Below, piece after piece: positions 37,945-51,810 of a stretch of 64,000 nucleotides of DNA. Source of the DNA: Saccostrea echinata (taxonomy: Eukaryota); NCBI RefSeq assembly GCF_033153115.1, contig NW_026889814.1:186001-250000 (forward strand), given 5' to 3'. The position numbers were made by a program, and so were the translations under genes. The stretch's first letter is position 1, and the number at the start of each line of letters is the position of its first letter. The notes below the pieces were generated by a model. It did not search any database. It was not told the origin of the DNA and saw nothing but the letters and a program-made list of their open reading frames with translations.

Positions 37945-39583
37945 ATAAGATGGATGATGCTGGATTCAAAATTTTAACGAAGCAGACGACCCACACGCGG
38001 TTATGCCAAAAAATAATTAATTTACCTTTGTATTGTTATTAAATGATCAAATATTGGTAATCAACATTAATTACTGTCTTTTTGTTTCAAACTGCGCCGA
38101 AATCGGAAAATGCAAACCCAGAATAGTGGAACAACAATATGGAAACTCGGTCGGACCTTTTTGTGGACGCAGTGAGGATGGGCCCAAATATAAGTCAAAG
38201 AAAAGAATAGCAAATTATCTGTGAACCAGTTGGAAAACCAGACATTGAATATATGTATCATCACAATCCAATATATCAGGTACATCCACCACCTTTGAAA
38301 TACATAAATCAGTTGATTGTGTATACTTGACTAATCTTTGCCACTGTAGAATTGAGACCAAAATATAAGCAATAGTCTGCTGATACAGTGTATGGATATT
38401 GCTTTTAAAAATTCATTGCTTAAAGTGTTACCTTCCAAGTTTAGGGTGTAGAATTTATTTTCTTTTCCTAAAGAAAGGGGAGGGGGCTTACTAAGGAAAA
38501 AAAAACTATTAAGTTAAGTTTCAAACAAAAGTACAAGAAAGTCAAGCTCAAAACAAAATGTATTTAAATATAACTACCAATAAATCCTACAAAATTATGC
38601 CCCAATAAAATAATCTTTTTGAAAAATACATTCAAATCATCTTATAATTTTACCACAGAATTCTCTCAAAATAAGTTGCCTGGAATTATTCAAAACTAGG
38701 GTCAAAATAATTCAATAGATTGTGCATAGATGCTATTGTTAGGTGCACATTGTACAGCAGCCTTAACTTTGCAATATGTCTGGTTATATTGGTAGAATGT
38801 TCTGGACTTTTTATACATGTACATTTATATTAGGTTTCTATTTGTGAGAGGATTAAATTTAGTTTTTGTATAAATTCAGGTTCTATGTGATATAACAGAT
38901 ACAGTGTTCTGTGTAATTGTAAAAGTAGAACTTGGTAAATCTTTCAAATCTAACTATTAAGCATTACTTACAACAGGGCTCAGAAACTTAACAGATTTGT
39001 TTGGAGAAACAATTAATCTATGAAAGCATCAGAACCAAAGAAAGCCCTAAAATTCTTGTTTCATGAAATAATTTGTAATTAAATTTAGAGCACTAGATTA
39101 TAAAAAAAAATCTGTAGTATGTGATAAGTTTAAATAAAAGGGAGAATGAAACCACCTATCTTGCCCAGAGAAGAGTATTGTTATATTTATTTAAATGCTC
39201 CAGAGCTTTTCTGGAGTTCAGTGCTTTGTATTCATGAAAGTTTAGACTAATGTTATGAAAAGGAGGCTCTGATATATAGGTAAGTCATAAGATCAGTTGC
39301 ATATCATAAATTATTACAGATTTACACAGCTTCCAACTCAATACATATAACTTGAAACAGGGGGATCTTAATTGTGTGGGGTCTGGGAGCAGTAAATCTC
39401 TAGAAAGGGCCTTTCTCAAGTCTCGTAACTTTAGGTGCTATCGTTGAGGATTCTATTTGCTAGCTATTAAATTGGAAATGAAATGATCTTATAATACAAA
39501 AGGGGGGGGGGGTATCATTGTATAACCTCATAATTTATCAATCTCATATTGATTAAGTTTGAATGAAAAGGAAAATGCAAATA

Positions 39584-40000
39584 TTTTTAGGTCACCTGAG
39601 TTTACTCAGTTTACCTATTGCTATCCGTTTTCGTCCTTGTGTCGTGCGTTAACATTTGAACACTTTCAGCTTCTTCTCTGAAACCGCTCAACCAATTTCA
39701 ACCACATTTGGCATATAACATCTATGGGTAAAGGGGGACAAAATTTGTGAATTTCAGGATCCCTGCCCCCCTGGGGCCTGAGGGATGGGGCAAAAACCAC
39801 TAAAATTAATGCAATCTTTAAAAATCTTCTTCTTTACTCCTAGACATCAAGCAGTCAAACTGTTGGCATGATTGTAATAAGCATTGAGCCCTCTACCACA
39901 AAAGTGAAATTCATGGCCCCAGGGTTAGGGGGTCTGGGGCTAGGGTGGGGCTATACAGGTCATATAGTAAAATTGCATTATTTCTTTGAAAATCTTCTCT
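39584..40000 (+). mobile_element. HINE/pearl-like element 5' fragment with satellite-type units
   Basis: TTTTTAGGTCACCTGAG..CTCAG..ACCTATTG hairpin start, CGTC-rich tract, then AAAATCTTCTTCT and GTGAAATTCATGG units. Confidence 0.7.
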
Positions 40001-41751
40001 GCTCAATTTTTCTATTACTGGAATTAGGATATCTTTATTATGATCCTGTAAAGTGCAAATGAAAGGTGGGAAATTGCAACATCTTGTACAAGAGTGTTTT
40101 TGTGATCACTTATTAATGAATACATGTATATCTGAATGACCAATTATTAAATCAAAAAGCTCAATACAGTCAAACCTCATTGTCTTGTACTTATGGGACA
40201 TGAAAAAAACTTTCAGTTGAAATGTCGGATATTTGAGATGTCAAGGGTAGAATGCTTGAGGAGTAGGTGTCAATCTGAAGTAACCATCTAATTTAAGATA
40301 TCGGTGTTCCAAATAGCAAAGTGAAATTTTTTTCTGTAAAGCAATTAAAACTTATAGAACATTCATCAAATTGTATATTGCAAAATGAATATATAGTATT
40401 ATTTTAACTATATTTAGTTGTATTTAGACATCAGAAGTGACCCAAAGAAAGACTTTGTCAAGTACATGTACCTTAAATTCTTAATAATGTAGCAAGTATT
40501 TCTCAGAAGAGTCCTAGAAGGGTCGATGCTTAAATTTTGTAATTTTATACAGATAATGCTGATTGTTTGACTTCGGGAATTGGGCTTACATTCTAAGGTG
40601 TTTGGATCTGAAAACCCCTAGAAGGATGCTTACAGTATATTTTGTTAATTTTGGACATGTATGTTTATAATGCTGATTCTAAGACTTCAGGATGTGCATT
40701 TGGTTTACATTTTTGATGAGTTTGGGTTTGTTTTTAATCAGAACACCAGAAAATATAATTTCCTTTTTGGGTCAAGTTCATATTGATAGCAGTACTAGTT
40801 ATATTCAGGTTCATTGCATATGAAAATATTTCTCCAATTGGTGTCATAAATAATCAAACATCTATACCTAAAAGAATTTTATACTTTGCTATGCATTTTG
40901 TACTACACTTGAACAATATGGTCATGCAGAGCTGTATAGAGTTCTGATGCACATACATGTGTCACAGGCATTAATAATGTTTATTGAAAGACTCTTTATC
41001 AGAGGTAAAGGAATTAGCACATAAATAAGATTAGTTGAGTATACTAGTATTGCAAGCATCTGCAATAAAATTGCAGCCTAAAAATCACAGGTTCAAATTG
41101 GCACCTACAAAGTGCCAGATATCTTCATTGCAGCTAAACTGGTTATTGGTAAGTATAAATTTGAATAAACTTGTTACATGTATCAGGTAATGTATCTTTT
41201 TCTAGGAATATCATTTAGACCAGTATATGTTTTCAAAATATCGCTATAATTGACAGTTCTACAACCATCGGTAACCATCACTAAGTAGTGTGATATATTC
41301 TTATAATTGTGTAATCCACATTTGGGTTGGGAATCTCCCAAGAAACTCCATATTTGGGCATCAATAGGAATATAGTAAGATTCAACCTTGAAACTGGAGT
41401 TTTTGAAAATGTGATTAAGGATTTCAAATAGCTCTGCTTAAATTTGCTAATTAGAAAGTGAATGTGTCACATTCGGTGACATGAAACTTGGTTCATCAAA
41501 TAGCAGCATATGCATTGGCTTTCCTAGCAATTTTCATGGATTGAGAATTATGCTACATGTAATGATAATGAATGAAATTCCCCCTATTTGGTTATAAATC
41601 TCCAGATATTTGTGTTGATGAATTACAACCTATATATAAAACTTGCCTTGGTTAATGGACAATTCAAAACAAAATTAACAAGGAATGGTAAACTTTATGA
41701 AAATGCATTGCAAGGTGGCATATACATTTGTGAAGCACGCAGCTATGTTAA

Positions 41752-42626
41752 GGCTTCCCGAAGCTTTAAAATGCGCTCAAGACATAATATGTCATTGCGA
41801 GGTCGGTTTTGGTTTTAATTTATAAGTATTGAACTTAGGTACTTCCAATTTATATAGAGGGTTTCCTCGGCTATATATTAACATATTTGTTATGATATCA
41901 CATGACTTTGCTGATCACGTGACGGTCATTTATAATTTTTTGAAGTATTTCATATAAATCGCTTCGGCGCAGCTGATTAACACAATAATTATTAACATTT
42001 TGTTATATATATAAACTCATCGTATCCTTGTGTATCCGAAATGGGCTTGGGAAAAGTTATGGTATGACTTATATACAAAATATTTCCTGAGAAATTCATC
42101 TTACCTACAAATTTGAGGGTATTTTCCGCACAATATCGTAATCCGTATTAAAACAAAGCCAACACACATTTTTCCCAAGTAAGATTCAGTTAGAGAACAA
42201 CCTCTTCTTACAGATTTCCACAAAAATTCTCAGATTAATCTTCATTAATCACCTGTGCCAGACTCTTTTATACAAACAAAATTAATTCTACCTCCTACCA
42301 AGGGTATAAAACAGAGTACATTTCAAAAGTATATTTTTCATAAACATTTTGAACATGCTGAATTTCAATCAAGGGTAGTTAAGCCGTGTATTATTAAAAT
42401 ATTCGGACATATACGACTTAAAAAAACCTTTAACGACCCGTGAATTTCGCAATAGCTTTCTAGCATTTTACATGCAGTTCGAAATAAAGTGTAAAGTTCA
42501 TGACACTCTCCCCGTCATAACACCTCATATTTGCTGTGTCTTGACGTCATTTTCTATTATGACGTCATATTTGGTAGTTCAGAGATGTGAAGGCACAGAG
42601 TGCACTGTGATATTCTACGGGAAGCC
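41752..42626. mobile_element. Kolobok-like non-autonomous element (875 bp)
   Basis: TTAA|GGCTTCCCG...CGGGAAGCC|TTAA; internal similarity to 19179-20071. Confidence 0.85.
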
Positions 42627-42702
42627 TTAACCTACCTACGCAGGATAGTAAGGAAGTTTCTTTCTACAAGACCAAAGCTTTATTAAGCATTGAGGGAATA
42701 GG

Positions 42703-42851
42703 NNNNNNNNNNNNNNNNNNNNNNNNNNNNNNNNNNNNNNNNNNNNNNNNNNNNNNNNNNNNNNNNNNNNNNNNNNNNNNNNNNNNNNNNNNNNNNNNNN
42801 NNNNNNNNNNNNNNNNNNNNNNNNNNNNNNNNNNNNNNNNNNNNNNNNNNN
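42703..42851. other. Assembly gap (N run)
   Basis: Run of N. Confidence 1.
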
Positions 42852-43140
42852 GTCTCACTTAAAGTCATCATTTCGTAAGTTCTATGGTCGATACAATGAT
42901 CGTGTCAGCAAATAAAATCTATCACTAAGTCAAATGCTGACTGATGTTTTTCATACTTCCTGGTAGTTGTTAGACCATTATTTCCCGGTCATGACAAGAA
43001 ACACACCGCGGGTGTGACCGGTCGGCAGAGGATGCTCTCTCCTCCATGGCACCTGATCCCACCTCTATGTTTTAGAGGACTGTGCACATGTTTGCTCTGC
43101 TCCACATGTTTCATTGGCAAGTTTTGATTACTTAATGTCT
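42852..43140 (+). mobile_element. 3' fragment of a Penelope-like retroelement
   Basis: Translates SHLKSSFRKFYGRYND..S..MLTDVF (C-terminal RT-associated motif), followed by GGGTGTGACCGGTCGGCAGAGGATGCT..CCTCC..GGCACCTGATCCCACC. Confidence 0.6.
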
Positions 43141-43374
43141 TATAGCAACTTTCTTAATAGGGGGAAATTCAAAATTTATTCCAAGTCTGCTGAAGGATTA
43201 ACACATCCATACATCAAGATGTGTGTAAGTACCCAGCGGGGAGGGGTGTCTTGGGCAGTATTGGTCGTGAAACAGTTGACTTGCTTTGCTTCCCCCAATT
43301 ATTGGGGTGACTGCCACTACTGGACTTAAAATTCCCTGATATTCTGAAAAATTCTCTGATGAACTCTGTTATCC

Positions 43375-43720
43375 ACTGTGTAAGTACTGCTTTTCTCTGT
43401 ATAAACACTGTACAGTCACTGTACAAAATCCCTGTAATTACTGTAATTCCCAGTAAATCACAGTACAAACCCACTGTTATTTTCTATGCATCCCTGTACT
43501 TTACTGTACGTCCTCTCTGTACAGCCCAGTACACTATTGTCTGTCCTTGTACGCCTCCACAGTACAGTACTGTACATCACTGACGTGTACAGTACTCAAC
43601 TTCTGTACAGCACAGAACACCACTGTTGCTCACTGTACGCATCCCAGACTTGCACTGAATATCACTGAAGTTCATTGTACGCATCCCAGTTTGGCACTGT
43701 ACATCACTGAACCATACTGC
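43375..43720. repeat. Degenerate CACTGTAC-type minisatellite
   Basis: Many CACTG/TGTAC/GTACAG units. Confidence 0.8.
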
Positions 43721-43877
43721 GAACATTTTAGACTTATTAAATGAATGAAATTTAACTTTTGAATTTCCTAAATTCTATTCTTCTCTTTTAACTTCTCTAA
43801 TTGTTCAGAAGCCTTTGGTATTTAAGACTTAAGCGAATAAAATATTTATTTCGAGATTGATAAGTTTGTGCTGTTAA

Positions 43878-46800
43878 GGATGGATTCTTCTCATATTTCT
43901 TATAATGGCAGAATCTTAAATTTTCTGAATACTCAATATTCAGACTGTTTACACTATTTTAACATCCAGAAACTTTGGTGTCATCGCCTTGATTTTCAGT
44001 CAAGGTCATTTGAAAGTCAGTCCTAAAAATAGTACTTTTACACTGAGAAGTTTTGAAATTTATGCATATGAATAAATTTTGCTGACTGAAAAAATATCTT
44101 TCACCATAAAATTAAAGTTGTTACTTATTTTTGATGACTAATTCATATGAAATGAGCTGGTGAAAAGATAACATGAATTCCTTTACATTCAATAAATACA
44201 TTTAATCCGAATTTCCTCGATATTTTTTTTTCAAAATTCTCAGTTTTCATGAATTTACAAGAAATTTCATCTCAATTTTTTACAATTGACCATATAATGT
44301 CAAATGTTTAGATTTTTGTCTGATGAAAATTCAAAGGTTCAAGATTAATTTGCAAGGAAAAAAGATATAGTAATCAGGCAAATTATCGAACAAAAATTAG
44401 CCCGAATTTACTCTATACTTTCTGAAATCTTCAATTTACAGAGTGTTTTTAATGTCTATACGAAAGATTTTTAATCCCCAAAAATATATCAATTTGGTGT
44501 AATTGTGACATAAATACATTCATTTCCACCAGTTATACATTCTATTTTTATGGTATTTTACACTAATGATATTCAAAAAATTCATTTCGAATTTCCTCTG
44601 ACATTTTATTCTTATGAATAAGTTATGTTTGACAATTTTATAAAATACATAAATTTTCTGAAGGCAATTACAGAAAAAATTATCACATACATTCATCACA
44701 TGCAGAGGAATAATTCAAAGCAACTTAACTTTCAATATAACCAGGAATAAATAATAAACCTTCCAAAAAAATTATGAGAAAAATCATACAGAAAAATTTC
44801 ATAGACTAAAAAAAAGATTTTCAATATATTATTTATGATATAAACATAAAATCAATACACATGTATAGTGAACATGCCATATGAATCTAGACATTCAATG
44901 CTTAATATATGAATATCAGAGGGACTAATATACATACCTATACATGTATATGTAGTTATATACATATACATGTAGGTCCCTGGTATTGTGTTATATTGGA
45001 TATTTTACATTTGTCGACTGACTTTTGAAAACAACAAACAAATTCAAAGAATTGTGGTCCCCCGCTTTTGATGTCTTAGTGGATGGAATGCCATTATTTA
45101 TGGCATATTGCAACTGTCTTGTTTGTTTGTCCTGTCTTGTCTGTGCATCAACAAAAAAGATATAAATTATTGAATTAATAACAGTTATGGCAAAGACTAT
45201 AGCTTCTCAAAACTCCATCAAACTTCAGGATCAAGGTCATGAGGTCAAATATCATAATAAAATCCCAAAGATCTTCTCACAAGTGATGCACATGTAAAAA
45301 AAAATATCAGAAACCAGAGTATACAATCAGAAAGGTCTTGAAACAGGTACATGTAATGCACATGTCAAATGTAAATACCATATCTTCTCTCAATCAAACG
45401 TTATTAGCAATGCTAAACTTTTTAAAAATTAGGTCAAACTTCAAGGTAAAGGTCATGGGATAAAAAATCATAGCACATTTGGAAATGCTTGTCACAGGTA
45501 AATTAATGCACTTGTCAAATATGAATGCCTTATCTTTGCCCCTTCAAAAGTTAGCAAACTGATGAAATGTTTGAAAATTAGGTCAAACTAGAAGGTCAAT
45601 GTCACGGAGTCAAATATCATAGCATATTCAGAAACATTTTGACACAGGTAATGCACTTGTCAAATATGGACACCCTATCTTATGTCATTCAAAAGTAATC
45701 AGCAAAGTTAAAATTTTTGAAATTTAGGTCAAACATGAAGGTCAAGTTAAAAGGGTAAAAAATTATAGTTTGCTTGAAAACACCTTGTCACTACTAATGC
45801 ACAGGTCAAATATGAAAGCCCTAACTATTCTTAATCAAAAGTTATAAGCAAAGATAAAAATTTTGAAAAGTAGGTCAAACTTCAAGGTCATGGTCATGAG
45901 GTCAAAAATCATAGTACATTTCGAAAGGTATTCTTACAGGTAATGTTCATATTTAATATGAAAGCCCTATCTTTCCTCATTTAAATTTAATGACCAATTT
46001 AAAGAAATGTTAATTTTGTGAAAAGTAGGTCAAACTTCAAGGTCAAGGTCATGGGGTCAAAAGTTATAGAATATCTTCGAAAGGTCTTGTCACATGTAAT
46101 GAACAGGCATAATATGAAAGTCCTATCTTTTCTCATTCAAAAGTTATGACCAATTTAAGGTAATGTTAATTTTGTGAAAAGTACGTCAAACTTCAAGGCC
46201 AAGTTCACAGGGTCAAAATTCGCACTATATTTGGAAAGGTCTTGTTACAGGTAATGTACATGTGAAATACAAAAGCCCAATCTCTTCTCACTCAAGAGTT
46301 ATGGCCAAGGTTAAAGTTTTTGTGACAGACAGATGGACAGACTGACAGACGAATGAGATTTAATGTCCCCTCGCTTTTGCAAAAAACGAGGGACAATAAA
46401 TACCTACATACATTTATAAGTATATAGTTTGTTCAGCACCAATAAATATAACTCCTCAATGTGATGATATATTGCATAAAATTTGCTGGAGTTTTAAGAT
46501 AACAAAAAAAGCCATCTATGACAATCAAATGCCCTTTGACATCTTTGCCTGAAAATGACATCCTTGAACTTTGCAACAAAAATATGCATGCAGCTATCAA
46601 ACTTTAATTTCACATTTAGATGCAAAATACTTATTCAAGGATGAAATTTCTTTTTGAGAATTTGTAACACAAACATTTATTTATCAGTGTCAATAACTTG
46701 TATTGAAATTGAATTAAAAATTAATTCTTGAGGATTTCTACTGCAAGTACATGTATATGTAGTTCATTTGTAAAAATCTAAATTTTATTCCGGCCACTAT

Positions 46801-48721
46801 CAGCAATTTTGTTCAGCATGCTCTTGTTAAAATCACCCTTTAACTAAATGATATAAAGCAGGCACATTTTTATGCATATCAGAACTGTATTTTAAGATTT
46901 TTACTGTATTAGAAAATGTAAAGCAACTGAATACATAGAGCTAGTTATATATCATTTACAAGTTGTTGTAATGCCAGTACATGTAAATCTTCACATTGAA
47001 ATCTAATAAAAGATAATGCTTAAAAATTCACTCTGGGAGTAAAATTTCAAATTTGAATCAAAGATCTTGTAAAGTAATCACATTCTACAAAGCGTGCACT
47101 GTATCGGGTACTTGGGAATCAAATAATTAAACATTATATGATTATAAATAAAAATACTTTTGACTGAAAGTCTCTGAAAAAAAAAATCAAGAATGGAATC
47201 ATGCAAAAAGCAGCATTGACTTTGATAACATGCATTGACTTCCACATTTCTACAAAAACATTTCTTTGATCAGATAAATATGTAATTCCTGCTTCTGACA
47301 TGATATATTCTGAGAAAATCTCTTTTCCACAGACAGCCATCATTCATTTGATGTGAGAATTTCTTGCTGAACATGTGTCCACCTGGTGAAAGTCCAATTT
47401 TTTTGTTGACCTATAATTTTAAAAAAAGTAATATATTTTACATAGCAGCACAGATGCTGCATTACATGATAGTTAAATAAAGTTGTGTCCATATTTCTTA
47501 TACATGTACCTCAATAGTCCATCTGCCAGCAACTCTTGCTCAATCATCCTACATTCTGACCTCCAGTCTTTTCTCTAGTCTAGGGTAAAGTAGGGAGGTT
47601 TTTCGCCTAAGAATTAAACATGAACATCCCTTAGACTATTTTTTTAAATTAATGGAAATTGATAATAAGATTAAAGAAATTATCTCATCTGTATTTCATT
47701 TAAAATGAATGAAGATTTTAATAGATTCTACCACATGTATAATGTCTGATATTATAGTGTATTAGATATAAATAAATAAACATTTTTTTTTTTTATCCTG
47801 AAAGTACAGAAATGTAAAAAACAATAATATAAATAGTTTTTGAACAATAATGTTTCATTTTGCTCTATTTATTAGACAATTGTGTGTTTCAATATTATTG
47901 ATATTTCCACATACAATATCAAGTTATTTTTCCGTTTGATTTGTACCCAAGCGGAACACCTTACTTTTCTAATAACTTGATGATTGTTGTGTCTTAAACA
48001 AAGTAGACTAGTTAAAAATATAAAATTTGTTGTAATCATATACAAAAAATGCTATTTTTGTGAATTATTATTCATAAACCTGACGAACACACGAAATATA
48101 TCCTCTTCAAATGTTGACAAGTCGCGGGAATAAGCAGACGAAATATTGATAACAGATCTATAATTTCCGTGCGAATTCCCATAAATCAATACAAACCAGC
48201 ATGTAATTCATTTTCAAAAATATAAAAATCTTCAGACATATATAACTAACTTACATGCTCACTGCACACGGCATGACATCAGACGAGGCAACGTGGACCT
48301 GCAATCTTGCACGTGTTTGTGACCTTCAAGTTCAAGCTTCCCTTTGGTTGATCGGAATGCCCCGGGCATAAATAACTATGATTTAATCTGTCATAACTGT
48401 CCCTGGGCTTCTGCAATGCTTCGATAATGTTCACAGTTTGTAAATTTTACAAAACGACCCTCTCAGGGTTTTCTACGGGAAATGATCTGGACATGTTGAC
48501 ATTCGCTACTGAACTGCGAATACAATGGCGATTGTCGCAAATCAAAGAAAATATTACGAAAATTTTATTTCTTTCGAAAGAAATAGATTCAACATTACTT
48601 AAACTGACAAATTAACTAATAGTTTTTCCTTCAGTATAATTAAATATGAATTTTGCATTTTACGACTTGCATAATTTATGGAGACCCATTGACGACGTAA
48701 AATGCTGACAAGAATCCATCC
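43878..48721 (-). mobile_element. Kolobok-like non-autonomous element, copy B (4.84 kb), inverted relative to copy A
   Basis: TTAA|GGATGGATTCTT...AAGAATCCATCC|TTAA with perfect TSD. The reverse complement matches 22516-22625 + 23205-24180 + 29042-32799. Confidence 0.95.
45031..46400 (-). mobile_element. HINE-like element with ~145-bp satellite array (paralogue of 30312-31650)
   Basis: Reverse complement of the copy-A array, with the same termini. Confidence 0.85.
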
Positions 48722-50920
48722 TTAATACATTTAATACACACTTGTACCATATATAAAAAAAGTAAAGAATAAATCCTATAAATTATATTTAAGATCATTT
48801 ATTAATTGATAATTATGATTCCTCTTGTCTTAAAGTTCTAAATTTACTGAGCAATCAAATTATATATAATAATTATCATTCATAGTATTAAACAATTTTA
48901 ACGTCACATTGTCATTTTTCATAGTTCGATAATGTGGATAACAACCTGATTTTGTAGGCAAAGTTACATGCTAAGAAAAATTTTGAAACATTATTATATT
49001 ATATATTTTTGAAATATTTTTTCTCAAAAAATTAAGTCTCTCTTTCTCTCACTCATACATTTACCCTCTCACTATACTTGTTTTTTAATACGACTTGTGA
49101 TAAAAAAATAATTATTGTTTGAATTAAATTTCACAATACAAATTAGATATCAAAAAATGAAAAGAATGATTAAGTGGGTAAGTTGGCTTATCATGGTTGT
49201 GGGTTAACGTGTACACTCAACAGAAAATGTATATCAAACAAGAAAACGGTGGATTAAACAGCGGACAGTAGCCAAAGATTTAAACAATAGGTGTCAAGAC
49301 TGAGTGTCCTGATATATCAACAAGGGATGGTTACACAACGACTGAAAGCAATATATTTATAATGTCTTAAGAGCTTCAAACTTATGATATTTTTTAATTA
49401 ATAGGAACCCAAATACAAACACAGATTTAGATTGTAAGTATTGAGACGTTTATTTTGATATCCATAATCAAATAATTAGATAACAAAAAACTTCAGAATA
49501 TTTTCATTATTTTAATTATTTATTGAAATTATAAATTTTTATTTTATTTTTTATTTTTTTTTTTATTTATTTATTTATTAATTAATTAATTTATTATTAT
49601 TTTTTTTTTTTTGGATTTATTATTTGGATTGTATTTTTTCCTCTTTCTTTAAGTCTTCAAATATAATAGCAAACAAACAACAAAGGGAGTTATTTGAAAA
49701 TTTAATATTGATAATAAGTATAATTACATGTATAATAAATAAGGACGAAAAAAGTAACATGTAGCTGATGTGTTATCTGCTGTATAAATAGTAGACTTAG
49801 TACACTTCAGATAAAAGTATACAGAACCTCTCTGAAGAGAGAGAGAGGGGGGGGGGATAAGCCAATTCAATTGCAAGGGTAATCAATCAGTGTTAAATAA
49901 GTTGGTGTTTCCAAACTTTAAGTTGTATTTCATATACAATATACACTTTGCATACCCTTAGAGTATTACATTGGTAAGCCTAGGTATTTTGAATTTCACT
50001 TACAATGTTATTATACTTATACGGAAAGTGGAACTGTACAATCATGTAGCTCCATGGGACAGAGAAATCAGACAGACAGGCCTGGATCTCCAGGGGACAA
50101 ACAAATATTTTTTTTCAGTTTGAGGGACACCGTGCTGTTCGAATTCCTTAGCAAGCCAAAAAAAGGAAGGACCCCCACCTCCCCACTGGTTCCATTAAGC
50201 TTGATATTTATGATTAGATTTTAAAAGAATGATTGATTATTTAAAATAATTGAATGAATTTATGATTTGCTGCAAATGCCGTGAAATGTGAAATTTTTTC
50301 AGTATATTTTGCTGTATTGGTAATTATTCAATTTTTTAAAGGTAGAAATCGCATATTTTTTTTTTAAATATATATTCTTTAATTAGTTATTTTTAGTTGC
50401 TTAATACACACTTTTATCACTTTGAGTCTGTAAGTATACATTTAAGGCCATTGCTATTAGTTGATAATTGTCAATTTCATGACCATATGGAGAGGAAAAA
50501 TATTTCCAAAATTAATTTGAAAAGGTGACATATATATTTAGTATAATTTTTCTTGGGTTATTTTAAGTCAAAATGCAAACCACAGATCGAGTGTTGGATG
50601 AATTCTTGTTTTTTTTCTTTTCTCATAATTTGAGTTGAGAATAACAAAATAAAATTAATTTTTCTGAAATTTTATAATTACTGCATTTAGTGAATTTTTA
50701 AAAGTAAAATGTCCCCATCGGCCTATGCACCGAAGTTCAATGGGGAAAAAGGGGGCTGACATCAATCTGGTGGACATATTATGACATCTACCTTAAAATC
50801 ATACATTATGCATGAGAATTCAGTTCATTTATTCATGATTAGCTGTACAAGCCAAATGTATCACTATTAATAATATGACCCTAAGCTAATATAATTTACG
50901 ATTTATATACATATTCTTAA

Positions 50921-51268
50921 AGCAATATGAGCTGCATTTTTGAGAATTTCAATTTGCTGTTAAAATGTATTATTATGATAAATTTGTATGTAATTTAAAC
51001 CTTTATGCTCAATAAGACTAAAATAACGTATCATATTGTTTCAGAAAAAATATTTCTGTGCAATCAAATGTAGAGTATTTTATAAGTGATCAATATTGTA
51101 CAGGATGACAATAATGTAATTTTGCTTCCATCATAGCTTATAAATTGTTCTTCCATGGCGAATATTAACAACAGAAGTTTTTAAATGTTCTTTTTCTCCG
51201 ACCTTGAAATAGTTAATTACAATTTTGCAACAAAAATTTCCGACATCAAAGTTGCAGCTCATATTGCT
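50921..51268. mobile_element. Kolobok-like MITE (348 bp)
   Basis: TTAA|AGCAATATGAGCTGCA...TGCAGCTCATATTGCT|TTAA; perfect 16-bp TIR. Confidence 0.88.
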
Positions 51269-51605
51269 TTAAGAAAATGCATTCACAATTAAAGCAATGC
51301 TTCATTGGTCAAACAGGTGAGAGAAATATATCTATGTGCAGATCCGTATACAGAGTACGATAGCATATGAAATTAAAATCGAGATCGTGTTCCGCACTTA
51401 ACAATCTTCAACTAGAGGAGGCGAGAAATGTGACTAAAAAACGTGAAGATTCAAAGACATCTTTCAGACAACTCGACCAAGCCATCAAGTGATTTCGGAA
51501 TTAAAAATAACTTTAGCAATCTGGAGTAATAAAATCATATTTTGATGGATCTATCGCTGATTTTCAACATAACATGATAACAATACACTTTTATGTCTCA
51601 TTATC

Positions 51606-51810
51606 GGGGGTTCCTTGCATGATTTTACAAAGTTCCCTAATCATTTTAATCTTTGAGGTTCCTTGCATGGTCCAAAAAGGTTCCCTGATCATTTTAATCC
51701 TTAAGGGTGCCTTGAATGATCCATGAAGGTTCTCTGATCATGTTAATCCTCGAGGGTTCCTCGCAGGATCTATAAAGGTTCCCTAATCATTTTTATCATT
51801 GAGGATTCCA
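51606..51810. repeat. ~43-bp minisatellite, 4-5 units
   Basis: Unit approximately GGGTTCCTTGCATGATCYAWAAAGGTTCCCTRATCATTTTAATC. Confidence 0.85.

Noticed and set aside
37695-38042. Repeated ORFs METPPLAGG... (also 55091), MRDL... (25865, 59196) and ...DLYTSI (37361, 52775) as gene families
   Set aside because: They are incidental translations of SINEs and dispersed repeats.
22516-48721. Segmental inverted duplication or haplotig artefact
   Set aside because: Homology ends exactly at TIRs with TTAA-type flanks, and the copies differ by clean nested insertions.
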